In this document: piece by piece, positions 39,517 through 51,795 of the stretch
How the letters are laid out: every line of letters begins with the position of its first letter
Position numbering within the stretch: the stretch's first letter is position 1
Source: Octopus sinensis
Taxonomy: Eukaryota
Direction of reading: 5' to 3'
Assembly: GCF_006345805.1 (NCBI RefSeq)
Contig: NC_043004.1
Coordinates: 71,982,001-72,046,000, forward strand
Length of the DNA: 64,000 nt
Made by a program: the position numbers and the translations under genes
Notes under the pieces: model-generated
Database searches by the model: none
What the model was told of the DNA's origin: nothing
The model's input: only the letters and a program-made list of their open reading frames with translations

Positions 39517-39779
39517 ATGGGATTATTTTAGTGTTCGCCAACCAAATCCACTCACAAGGCTTTTATTGGCCTGAGACCCTGGTAGAAGACACTTGCCCAA
39601 GAGGCGACGCAGTGAAATTAAATCCGAGACCATGTTATTGAGGATCAAGTTTCTTATCACACAGCCACACCTGCACCTATAATTTTCTATAATCCTATGT
39701 TGCAAAACACGGTCTCAAATATGTAGGACTCATGGAACGACTGCTAAAATATCTTCAGTATTCAGTCGCGTAATTTGAC

Positions 39780-40100
39780 GTTCAGATTTCGAATCCTGTT
39801 GTAGTGGAGTTTGATATCAATTATAGTGTTAATGATCATGTTGATTGTTCACGATAAACTGTTTTGATTACCAATGTTGCTGTCATCCGTGGATTTCCTG
39901 CTAACATATCCATACACGGCCTTCTGCTGATGTACTCTCATCTTTTTATCGGATTATATATACGTACAGTAGACTCGTGCAACATCTTTGGGCGCGTACT
40001 CGAGGTTATCAGGCGGCTAACCTTTCTTACAGAGATGCTTTTCACGTCTCAGGATATTTTCTGCCTCGTGTATGTAGACTTGATTAATAAATGAATTTCA
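39780..40100 (-). mobile_element. R4/Dong-like LINE fragment (same family as 8170-9810)
   Basis: INQVYIHEAENIL...HQQKAVYGYVSRKSTDDSNIGNQNSLS aligns with the LDQVCIHEADNII...SNIDHQSTLSW segment near 8.8-9.0 kb. Confidence 0.65.
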
Positions 40101-40299
40101 ACACTTGGTGCTTAAAATATGTTGCCGAAAAGATATGATGTGGCATTCACATACAAAAGCTGACTGAACTGATGTTAAGCATGCATCTCCCTATTTCCGT
40201 TTAGTTTGAGGTGCAATAGTCAATGTTCATGAATGCATGTGCATGAATATATATGTATTTATCTATATACGCGTGTGTATTGATATGTACGTGTGTATG

Positions 40300-40388
<89 letters not shown>

Positions 40389-40390
<2 letters not shown>

Positions 40391-40469
40391 AGACAAAGGA
40401 CATGCTGTCGCCATTCCAGCATAGAGGTAACTTCTATGCTGGAGTGGCGACAGCATGTTCTTTGACTAT
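40389..40469 (+). other. 71-81 nt near-perfect hairpin
   Basis: CAAAGGACATGCTGTCGCCATTCCAGCATAGA / TCTATGCTGGAGTGGCGACAGCATGTTCTTTG: 32 bp with two G-U pairs and a short loop. Confidence 0.8.
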
Positions 40470-40832
40470 CTCCTGAAATTCTTGGAGATTTTAAGTATAA
40501 TCATACTAATGTGTCCAACTGTTCTAATTTAATTAAATTCTATGTCTTTAAATTGATGTAATGATTGCATTGTTCAATTAAATGGCGTTGTATGAAACGA
40601 TCGTACTGGATTACCTCTGGATATCCTTGTTTTGATTTTAATCACCTTTGAAATTGTATGGATAATACCGTATTAATTTCTGGTGCCTCAAATTAAGTAC
40701 CATATTCATCTGAATGAAACATTTTGCTACACTCATCTACCATACCCAAAGTATATATATATATATATATTATATATATATATATATGCATGCATGTATG
40801 TATGTATATGTATGTATGTATATGTATGTATG

Positions 40833-40876
<44 letters not shown>

Positions 40877-41499
40877 CATGTATGTATATGTATATATATA
40901 TAAATACACACACATACACATCATACATGAACACATACATACCCAGATACACATATACACATACACGCACAGGTAACATTGTGCCGATACAAGTATATAC
41001 GTTAGGTGCATGGAGGTTTTCACGCACGTTTGATTTACATTTCAACAAAGTAATGAAAGCTATGAGATAAAACGTAATAATATTTATGGAAAGTTCTAGT
41101 CATTAGTTGGAATGTTTCCGTCCCATTGTTCGGTCGACTGATGACTGAATTAATCAGGTGATACTAGAAACCATTTCCCATGCATTATCATGTAGGCCAA
41201 TGATAATATGGGAGGAACATATTGAGAAAAAGAGGGAATCATACAAAATAAAATACCGGCAAACCAAAGGAAGAGAGAAGGCAAAAAAATGAAAAACAAA
41301 AAAGACAAGGAAGAACAAAATAATTGTATATATATAGACGCAGGCGTGGCTGTATGTTAAGAAGCTTGCGTCCCAACTACATGGTTCCGGGTTCAGTCAC
41401 ACTGCGTGGCACTTTGGGCAAGTGTCTCTATTGTAGCATCGGGCCGACCAAAGCCTTGTGAGTGGATTTGGTAGACAGAAGTTGCAAAAAAGCCCGTCG

Positions 41500-41554
<55 letters not shown>

Positions 41555-41589
41555 GTGTGTGTGTTTTTTCTCCCCACCATCGCTTGGCA

Positions 41590-41636
<47 letters not shown>

Positions 41637-41899
41637 AATTACCATTTTCGTTAGCAGTTTATGATATGATATTAAGCAACTTTGGTAATGAATGAATGCT
41701 TTTGAATATAAATTTGGCCGTTAGTAATAAATGAAAGTCCATGAAATGAGATCGCAATTGTTGTAGGCATGAGGGATACTATATCTTACTTGAAGCGTTT
41801 TGTATCATATACTTATTTTCTTGTTTTGCCTGACATAAGCGTATTGCAGCTTTTTTTCAATGAAAGTGATGTATGTTAAAGAAAAGCATACATTTATAA

Positions 41900-43915
41900 C
41901 AAACATACAAATTGAATAAAGGCAGGTACAAAAATACATGTCAGAGCATGCTTATGAGCGAAAAGCGTGCGTGAAGTAAGAATGGTCATTGAAGGTAACG
42001 TACTGTTAACAACAATCAGGAAATGAAACAAAATATGAAAGAAATGCTTGCAGGAAGTCTGATTACTAACGGTTACAGTTTGGCGTAGATGTGAAAATTG
42101 CAGTAGAGGAATAACTATGACAGGGCTGCTTTGTAGCATAGATGACGAAGTTGTCTGGATGGTCAACTCTGGAACAACCGACGTAGAACTGTCCATGTGA
42201 AGAAAAGCACACTTTCAAAGATCCAATCAGACAACTTTCGGCAATTGACATTGTGCTTTGTCAATTGTCATGGCAAAGCTGAATTTGAGAGAAATTGACA
42301 TCTCTGTATAGGATAGGAACAGTGTTTGTTGGGTTTAGCGGAAATTTCGAACGTTTTTGCCATGTCCCGTGATAATTTGGGCTGCAATGTCGTGGTCCAT
42401 CATTTGTTTGCTACAAGGCGAATTCCATTGCACAGTGTGGGTGCGCTTAGATTGTGTAGGAGGATGGTAGGGCAACCGACTTTTAAAAGAAGTCCATGAG
42501 CAGAGAGTGCTGCGGGGCTTGGGATTTGATAAATTCTGTTGGAAAGTGTGTAACCTGATCGAGGTCGGTAACGGTGTCAACTGTTCTGTTTGAGAGGGTA
42601 GCTGACTGAGTAAGTCGTACTTGAGAGTGTTGACAGCTGCCTTTTAGTTGCAAGAATAGGCCTGTCGCGAAACCAATCTGATTTTATGTATTCTGTTGTT
42701 AGATATGTGTAAACAGCAGAACATAAGTCTTCAGGGCTGGAGACAGTCTGGCCAATGATGGTAATGTCAATGTATCTGTTGTCGCCGGACGTAACTTGTC
42801 TATTGCCGATTTTAAGGAGCATTTCCGAAACTGGGTTGTAGACTGACCAGTCTGTATGAGTAATCTCATGTTGATGGTGAACTGTTTCGATCAAATATGC
42901 GACCAAAGGAGGGATTCCTTAAGGCAGGCATTAAGTTCATCAGCGGGTGTTTCTTTGAGTATAATAAGCAGAGTTTGTCGAAAATCTCCTTCAAGAGGTT
43001 GAGTCGCACCTCCAAGGATATTGTTGTTCGATCTAAGGTCTTTCATTGTGGTACCAAGTGTTTGTAGGGAACATTTATCGGACGTTGTTTCGTCATCCCA
43101 AAGAATGAGATTGCACTTTTTCGAAATTGTCGCTTCGTCCGAGGAATGCACTATGAGGCACGTTTGGTTTTCTTGATCTGCTACCTTGAAAGGAAATTTC
43201 AAGGTAGAGTGTGCCGTTCATCCGTCACCGAGAAGAGTCGGAGCTATTCCTGATGAGGCATCAACAATAGTAAGATCACTTTTATGCCGCAAATTCGCAA
43301 GAAGATTCAGGTGGAATATTTCTCCAGTTCCACCGAGTGCATCTAAGAAGATGATTCTGCTAGTGTGTGTGTAGATGTTTGCGAGGACAAAATTGTTCGG
43401 AATTTAGAAGGGTCTCGTTGTCAGCAGTGTACTGTTTGAGTTTGTGGATGTAATAGGATGTTTCTCTCAGAATGGGGCGACAGGAACTGGCGTTTTCATT
43501 TCCGTCCGGAATGTTGAGAGAACAAGCGTCCAATCATTGACCTCCAATTGCCATAACCAGGTTTTCCAAGAGAAGAAGCCTTACGTTTTAAATGGCAGGG
43601 GTAGTGAGAGTGTCTACGCTATTTGTTATTTGGCGAGTCTGCTGCCAAATATCATGGCACATTGCGTCTTTTATTTATTCCAAAGTGAATGTGCATCTGT
43701 CAAGTTGCAGAAAACCAGCATTATTTGCAAAAATGGGTTGGAGCTTGTGTGGAGAACGACACAAAGAGACCTCTTCGAATGCATTATCATTTTGATCATC
43801 TGTATCCAAAACTCGCACCTTTGAAAGTGCCGCAAAAGTGGCCGTCCACTATGCGAAGATCTTTGAAGGAGGTTGGTCTCTTAATGACATAAAGAGCTGA
43901 AGATGGAAGCATACG
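41900..43915 (-). mobile_element. Helitron Rep/PIF1-helicase pseudogene (duplicate ~47430-49435)
   Basis: KRPTSFKDLRIVDG, GGTG, SSGIA..LL..G.TAHSTLK, LILWDD, GDFRQTL, QIITGHGKN and FSHGQFYVGCSRV helicase motifs with frameshifts. Confidence 0.85.
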
Positions 43916-43924
43916 GAGTTCAAG

Positions 43925-44345
43925 GGGTGAACTGTCCGGCGACAACGGATACATTGACACTACCACCATTGGCCACACTGTCTCCAGCCCTGATGACTTA
44001 TGTTCTGTTGTTTACACATATCTTACAACGGGATACATAAAATCAGATTGGTTTCGCGACAGGCATATTCTTGCACCTAAAAGACAGCTGTCAACACTCT
44101 TAACTACGACTTACTCAATCCGCTACCCTCTCAAACAGAATAGTTGACAGCGTTATTGACCTCGATCGGGTTACACACTTTCCAACAAAATTTCTCAAAT
44201 CCTAAAATCCTTCAGGACTCCCTGCTCATGGACTTCTCTTAAAAGTAGGTTGCCCTATCATCCTTCTACGCAATATAAACGCACCCACACTGTACAATGG
44301 AACTCGCCTTGTGGCAAACAAATGATGGACCACGTCATTGAGGCC
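43925..44345 (+). mobile_element. Inverted partial copy of the Helitron helicase (duplicate ~49440-49865)
   Basis: Reverse-complement match to about 42390-42790 ([32 protein letters not shown]). Confidence 0.8.
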
Positions 44346-44367
44346 ATTTTGTGTTTGTGTGTGTCTC

Positions 44368-44692
44368 TAATTTTACACGCTAGAAGAAGCAGTCGGTTAG
44401 ACACTATCCATCTACTGCCGACTGAAACTGCGCTTGCGCGGTGGATTTTGAAAAGTTATAACATATAATGATGAGCTCGTGTTATTCGTCTCTAAGTTAT
44501 ATTTTAGTTGTTAAGGCACGGTTACTGATGAGGATCCGCTAAGTAAATTATTTTATTTGCTAAAGAAATCTGAAACCTAGGTATAACCGCAAAAAAAACA
44601 AGGTAAAAGTTTATATTTTTCATTCTTTTCGAAACTTACTCTTAAATGTAGTTTTGGTCGTTTTGACTGCTTCTTCTAGCGTCTAAAAATTA
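44368..44692 (+). mobile_element. 325-bp element bounded by inverted repeats and containing a hammerhead (copy at ~49890-50223)
   Basis: Perfect 18-bp inverted repeat ACGCTAGAAGAAGCAGTC (44377-44394) / GACTGCTTCTTCTAGCGT (44665-44682), extendable to about 27 bp. Confidence 0.7.
44519..44589 (+). ncRNA. Type I hammerhead ribozyme with intact core (family B)
   Basis: CGGTTA-CTGATGA-GGAT...ATCT-GAAA-C-CTAG-GT-A-TAACCG. 6-bp stem I, stem II GGAT/ATCT (closing G-U) with an inner AGTAAAT/ATTTGCT hairpin, palindromic stem III ACCTAGGT, GUA cleavage after 44583. Confidence 0.85.
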
Positions 44693-44872
44693 CCTGTTAA
44701 AGGTAGTTTTTTCTTGTGTTTAAATGTACACTATTTTATATTGAGAATATGTTGTCTATTGACTTTTTATACATGCCAGGCCACTGGTGGTGACATTTCT
44801 AAGAATATTCGTTACTCCATATATATATTACGTATATATATATATATATATATATGCTTGTATATCTTTCAG

Positions 44873-45202
44873 GAATGCTACATTCATCTGATGACCATAT
44901 CTTTCTTAAATTGACGGTAGGCTTTACACTTCTAATTTTCGGCGCTCCGATAACTGGGCGAGCAGAATATAAAGAAAGTTATTTCAAAAGACTTACTAAA
45001 TCAAAATGCTTATCTGACAAAAATGAAATAACCGAGAAGACGGTATCTGGTGCCCAATGTGGACTTCTGTGTACAGCACATGCTCAGTGTGGATATTTTA
45101 GCTATTGTAATGGCGCCTGTCATTTGCATCGACCCTTTTACAGCGAAGAACTTGAAGATTATACTTGCAACAGTTCATTGTATATTTTGCTGAATGAAAA
45201 CG
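44873..45202 (+). CDS. Gene B coding exon 1, copy a: signal peptide plus PAN/apple-like domain
   Basis: ctttcag|GA ATG (44875)...AAC G|gtatgt, 330 bp; FKRLTKSKCLS...CGLLC...CGYFSYCNGAC; same length and phase as gene A exon 1. Confidence 0.8.
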
Positions 45203-45405
45203 GTATGTAAATCGCAACTTCCCTCTGTGTCTCTGTAATTTTATATATATGCATATACGTATAAATGTGTGTGTCTGTGTGTGTGTGAATACATATATGT
45301 ATGTATCTACATACATAAATGCACACATACTAATTAATTTTTAGGAAATTACTATTTTTAAATCTCACAACGTGAAAAATTCAGCAACAGTACTTTGTAT
45401 TAAAC

Positions 45406-45548
45406 ATTATTTGCCAACATAACATGGCAGTCCTGGGTTAGGACTAATGATCGTGTCGTATAGCCAGCTGGAGACGATGACTCCTGGGGCTAAATTACAG
45501 CAACATTTAGTCCTAAACCAAGACTGCCATGTTATGTTGGCAAACAAT
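45406..45548. mobile_element. 143-bp MITE-like hairpin with ~44-bp arms
   Basis: ATTATTTGCCAACATAACATGGCAGTCC... / ...GACTGCCATGTTATGTTGGCAAACAAT; collapsed to 44 bp in the duplicate (50947-50990). Confidence 0.75.
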
Positions 45549-45706
45549 CTTTACTAATTAACTTATTTTATTAAAATTATATACAATTTATATATATATA
45601 TATATATATACATATACATACATAAATACTCACATACCAATTACTTCTTGTATTAAAATTATATTCAAAATTATATATATACACACACATATACATATAT
45701 ATATAA

Positions 45707-45923
45707 CGGGAAGCTTTATGAAAATAGACAAAAGACGAAGGCAGGTGGAAAACAAACAAACAATTGTATTAGTATGGCGCTCAGGAAATATAAATAAAAC
45801 AAGTCTTTAACGTTTCGAGCCTACGCTCTTCAACAGAAAGATACACAGAGAGAAAAAAACATAGAAAGAAGGAGAGAAAAAAATGCGTGCAGTAACTAAC
45901 GAATCAACATGGCGATCTGTATA
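45707..45923 (-). mobile_element. Penelope pseudo-LTR-like fragment with a hammerhead relic
   Basis: Minus 45841-45804: TCTTT-CTGTTGA-A-GAGC-GTAG-GCTC-GAAAC-GT-T-AAAGA (A6U core change); shares CAAAAGACGAAGGCAGGTG with ~3288. Confidence 0.6.
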
Positions 45924-46257
45924 AACTTCTATGCTGGAGTGGCGACAGCAGTGTTCTTTGACTATCTCCTGAATTCTTCTTGGAGATTTTAAGTATAATC
46001 ATAGCTAATGTGTCCAACTGTTTCTAATTTATTAAATGCTATGTCTTTAAATTGATGTAATGATTGCATTGTTCAATAAATGGCGTTTGTATGAAACGAT
46101 CGTACTGGATTACCTTCGGGATATCCTTGTTTTGATTTTAATCACCTTTGAAATTGGTATGGATAACTACCGTTTAATTTCTTGCTGGTGCCTCAAATTA
46201 AGTACCATATTCATCTGAATGAAACATTTTGCTACACTCATCTACCATAACCCAAAG

Positions 46258-46290
<33 letters not shown>

Positions 46291-46991
46291 GCATGCATGG
46301 TATTATGATATGTATGTATGTATATGTAATATATATATATATTACTTATATATATACAATACATGTATGTATATGTATATATATATAAATACACACACAT
46401 ACACATCATACATGAACACATACATACCCAGATACACATATACACATACACGCACAGGAACATTGTGCCGATACAAGTTATACGTTAGGGCATGGAGGTT
46501 TTCACGCACGTTTTGATTTACATTTCACAAGTAATGAAAGCTATGAGATAAAACGTAATAATATTTATGGAAAGTTCTAGTCATTAGTTGGAATGTTTCC
46601 GTCCCTTGTTCGGTCGACTGATGACTGAATTAATCAGGTGATACTAGAAACCATTTCCCATGCATTACATGTAGGCCAATGGATAATAGGAGGAACATAT
46701 TGAGAAAAAGAGGGAATCATACAAAATAAAATACCGCAAACCAAAGGAAGAGAGAAGGCAAAAAATGAAAACAAAAAAGACAAGGAAGAACAAAAATAAT
46801 TGTATATATATATAGACCAGGCGTGGCTGTATGTTAACAAGCTTGCGTCCCAACTACATGGTTCCGGGTTCAGTCACACTGCGTGGCACTTTGGGCAAGT
46901 GTCTCTATTGTAGCATCGGGCCGACCAAAGCCTTGTGAGTGGATTTGTTAGAAGAAGTTTGCAAAAAAGCCCGTCGTATATATATGTATCG

Positions 46992-47047
<56 letters not shown>

Positions 47048-47114
47048 TATTATATATATATATATATATATATGTTGTTTGTGGTTTTTCTCCCCCACCA
47101 TCGCTTGGCAACCG

Positions 47115-47181
<67 letters not shown>

Positions 47182-50048
47182 TACCATTTTCGTTAGCAGT
47201 TTCTGATTGATATTAAGCAACTTTGGTAATGAATAATGCTTTTGAATATAAATTTGGCCGTTAGTAATAAATGAAAGTCCATGAATGAGATCGCAATTGT
47301 TGTAGGCATCAGGGATACTATATCTTACTTGAAGCGTTTTGTATCATATACTTATTTTTTCTTGTTTTGCCTGACATAAGCGTATTGCAGCTTTTTTTTC
47401 AATGAAATGATGTATGTTAAAGAAAAGCATACATTTATAACAAACATACAAATTGATAAAGGCAGGTACAAAAATACATGTCGAGCATACTTATGAGCGA
47501 AAAGTGTGCGTGAAGTAAGAATGGTCATTGAAGGTAACGTACTGTTAACAACAATCAGAGAAAAAACAAATATGAAAGATGCTTGCAGGAAGTCTGATTA
47601 CTAACGGTTACAGTTTGGCGTAGATGTGAAAATTGGCAGTAGAGAATTACTAGAATGACAGCTGCTTTGTAGCATAGATGACGAAGTTGTCTGGATGGTC
47701 ACTCTGGAACAGACCGCAGAAATGTCAATGTGAAGAAAAAGCACACTTTCGAAGATCCAATCAGACACTTTCGGCAATTGACATTGTGCTTTGTCAATTG
47801 TCATGGGCAAAGCTGAATTTGAGAGAAATTGACATCTCTGCATAGGATAGGAACAGTGTTTGTTGGGTTTAGCGGAAATTTCGAACGTTTTTTGCCATTC
47901 CCGTGATAATTTGGGCTGCAATGTCGTGGTCCATCATTTGTTTGCTACAGGCGAATCCATTGCACAGTGTGGGTGCGCTTAGATTGTTGTAGGGAGATGG
48001 TAGGGGCAAACGACTTTTAAAAGAAGTCCATGAGCAGAGAGTGCGGGGGGGCTTGGATTTGATAAATTCTGTTGGAAATTGTGTAACCTGATCGAGGTCG
48101 GTAACGGTGTCACTGTTCTGTTTGATAGGGTAGCTGACTGAGTAAGTCGTACTTGAGAGTGTTGACAGCTGCCTTTTTAGTTGCAAGAATAGGCCTGTCG
48201 CGAAACCAAATCTGATTTTATGTATTCTGTGTTAGATAGGTGTAAACAGCCGAACATAAGTCATCAGGCTGGAGACAGTCTGGCCAATGTGGTAATGTCA
48301 ATGTATCTTGTGTTTCGCCGGACGTAAATGTCTATTGCCGATTTTAAGACATTTCCGAAACTGGGTTGTAGACTGACCAGTCTGTATGAGTAATCTCATG
48401 TTGATGGTGAACTGTTTCGATCAAATATTGCGACCAAAGGAGGGATCCTTAAGGCAGGGCATTAAGTTCATCCGCGGTGTTTCTTCTTTGAGTATATAAA
48501 GCAGAGTTTGTCAAAAATCTCCTTCAAGAGGTTGAGTCGCACCTCCAGGAATTGTTGTTCGATCTAGGTCTTTCATTGTGGTACCAAGTGTTTTGTAGGG
48601 ACATTTATCGGACGTTGTTTCGTCATCCCAAGAATGAGATTGCACTTTTTCGAAATTGTCGCTTCGTCCGAGGAATGCACTATGAGGCACGTTTGGTTTT
48701 CTTAATCTGCTACCTTGAAAGGAAATTTGAAGTAGAGTGTGCCGTTCATCCGTCACCGAGAAGAGTCGGAGCTATTCCTGATGAGGCATCAACAATAGTA
48801 AGATCACTTTTATGCCGCAATTTCGCAAGAAGATTCAGGTGGAATATTTCTCCAGTTCCACCGAGTGCATCTAAGATGATTCTACTAGTGTGTGTGTAGA
48901 TGTTTGCGAGGACAAAATTGTTCGGAATTTAGAAGGGTCTCGTTGTCAGCAGTGTACTGTTTGAGTTTGTGGATGTAATAGGATGTTTCTCTCAGAATGG
49001 GGCGACTGGAACTGGCGTTTTCATTTCTGTCCAGAATGTTGAGAGAAAAAGCGTCCAATCGTTGACCTCCCATTGCCATAACCAGGTTTTCCAAGAGAAG
49101 AAGCCTTACGTTTTAAATGGCAGGGGTAGTGAGAGTGTCTACGCTATTTGTTATTTGGCGAGTCTGCTGCCAAATATAATCACACATTGCGTCTTTTATT
49201 TATTCCAAAGTGAATGTGCATCTGTCAAGTTGCAGAAAACCAGCATTATTTGCAAAAATGGGTTGGAGCTTGTGTGGAGAACGACACAAACAGACCTCTT
49301 CGAATGCATTATCATTTTGATAATCTGTATCCAAAACTCGCACCTTTGAAAGTGCCGCAAAAGTGCCGTCCACTATGCGAAGATCTTTGAAGGAGGTTGG
49401 TCTCTTAATGACATAAAGAGCTGAAGATGGAAGCATACGGAGTTCAAGGGGTGAACTGTCCTGGCGACAACGGATACATTGACACTACCACCATTGGCCA
49501 CATTGTCTCCAGCCCTGATGACTTATTTCTGTTGTTTACACAATCTTACAACGGGATACATAAATCAGATTGGTTTCGCGACAGGCATATTCTTGCACCT
49601 AAAAGACAGCTGTCAACACTCTTAACTACGACTTACTCAATCCGCTACCCTCTCAAACAGAATAGTTTACAGCGTTATTGACCTCGATCGGGTTACACAC
49701 TTTCCAACAAAATTTCTCAAATCCTAAAATCCTTCAGGACTCCCTGCTCATGGACTTCTCTTAAAAGTAGGTTGCCCTATCATCCTTCTACGCAATATAA
49801 ACGCACCCACACTGTACAATGGAACTCGCCTTGTGGCAAACAAATGATGGACCACGTCATTGAGGCCATTTTGTGTTTGTGTGTGTCTCTAATTTTACAC
49901 GCTAGAAGAAGCAGTCGGTTAGACATTATCCATCTACTGCCGACTGAAACTGCGCTTGCGCGGTGGATTTTGAAAAATTATAACATATAATGATGAGCTC
50001 GTGTTATTCGTCTATATTTTAGCTCGTTATATTTTAGTTGTTAAGGCA

Positions 50049-50119
50049 CGGTTACTGATGAGGATCCGCTAAGTAAATTATTTTATTTGCTAAAGAAATC
50101 TGAAACCTAGGTATAACCG
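50049..50119 (+). ncRNA. Type I hammerhead ribozyme (identical duplicate of 44519-44589)
   Basis: Sequence identical to 44519-44589. Confidence 0.85.
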
Positions 50120-50360
50120 CAAAAAAAAACAAGGTAAAAGTTTATATTTTTCATTCTTTTCGAAACTTGCTCTTAAATGTAGTTTTGGTCGTTTTGACTG
50201 CTTCTTCTAGCGTCTAAAAATTACCTGTTAAAGGTAGTTTTTTCTTGTGTTTAAATGTGCACTATTTATATTGAGAATATGTTGTCTATTGACTTTTTAT
50301 ACATGCCAGGCCACTGGTGGTGACATTCTAAGAATATTCGTTACTCCATATATATATTAC

Positions 50361-50398
<38 letters not shown>

Positions 50399-50413
50399 TT
50401 GTATATCTTTCAG

Positions 50414-50743
50414 GAATGCTACATTCATCTGATGACCATATCTTTCTTAAATTGACGGTAGGCTTTACACTTCTAATTTTCGGCGCTCCGATAACTGGGC
50501 GAGCAGAATATAAAGAAAGTGATTTCAAAAGACTTACTAAATCAAAATGCTTATCTGACAAAAATGAAATAACCGAGAAGACGGCATCTGGTGCCCAATG
50601 TGGACTTCTGTGTACAGCACATGCTCAGTGTGGATATTTTAGCTATTGTAATGGCGCCTGTCATTTGCATCGACCCTTTTACAGCGAAGAACTTGAAGAT
50701 TATACTTGCAACAGTTCATTGTATATTTTGCTGAATGAAAACG
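50414..50743 (+). CDS. Gene B coding exon 1, copy b
   Basis: ATG at 50416; differs from copy a by Y36D and V57A; splice sites intact. Confidence 0.8.
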
Positions 50744-51156
50744 GTATGTAAATCGCAACTTCCCTCTGTGTCTCTGTAATTTTATATATATGCATATACC
50801 TATAAATGTGTGTGTGTGTGTGTGTGTGAATACATATATGTATGTATCTACATACATAAATGCACACATACTAATTAATTTTTAGGAAATTACTATTTTT
50901 AAATCTCACAACGTGAGAAATTCAGCAACAGTACTTTGTATTAAACATTGTTTGCCAACATAACATGGCAGTCCTGGGTTGGCAAACAATCTTTACTAAT
51001 TAACTTATTTTATTAAAATTATATACAATTTATATATATATATATATTATATATATATAATACATACATAAATACTCACATACTAATTACTCTTGTATTA
51101 AAATTATATTCAAAATTATATATATATACACACATATACATATATATATATATATG

Positions 51157-51213
<57 letters not shown>

Positions 51214-51427
51214 GTAATAGTATTATATATAAAAATAATCTGATATTCTAAAAGTGGATGTCCGTCTGTCTATCTATCATGACTGAGGGAGGAAAGATTT
51301 TGAGGAATCTAATATTCGTAACAAAGTGTATCTACAGGAAGGACAAGAGAAAAAGTTTTTGAGAGAAATACAATATGAGAGGCAACGTGTGTGTATGTGT
51401 GTGATAGATAGATAGATAGGTAGATGC

Positions 51428-51511
<84 letters not shown>

Positions 51512-51612
51512 TTCGATCTACGCGGCCGCCGGCACATTTTTCTGCAAAATATGGGTAGTTTATCCTGTCCATGCTATATAATTAGCATTACCCTGCTAAT
51601 TATTTTCTTATC

Positions 51613-51654
<42 letters not shown>

Positions 51655-51795
51655 CTCATTAAGAGATGAGAGTAATAACTATACTAACAGGTAAATTTAA
51701 CCTCCACATCAATATGGTTATTCAGTGCTACTACTAATTTAACTCCAGACAGATAGTCCGCCAGCTGGTTATATGTGCAACCTCCACCCCATACA

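Larger units (their letters stand above)
40429..51155 (+). repeat. ~5.5-kb direct duplication (40429-45706 / 45924-51155)
   Basis: Colinear SINE, Helitron, hammerhead element and gene B exon 1 in both copies, with a 217-bp spacer. The first 3 kb of copy 2 is rich in 1-bp indels. Confidence 0.9.

Noticed and set aside
41138-41180. CTGATGA...GAAAC as a hammerhead
   Set aside because: The stem does not abut GAAA and no stem I or III can form.
11990-46980. tRNA genes suggested by A and B boxes
   Set aside because: No complete cloverleaf; each head continues into a multicopy SINE body.
41900-49900. Host PIF1 helicase gene
   Set aside because: It is intronless, frameshifted, preceded by Helitron Rep-side motifs and partly duplicated in inversion: a Helitron relic.
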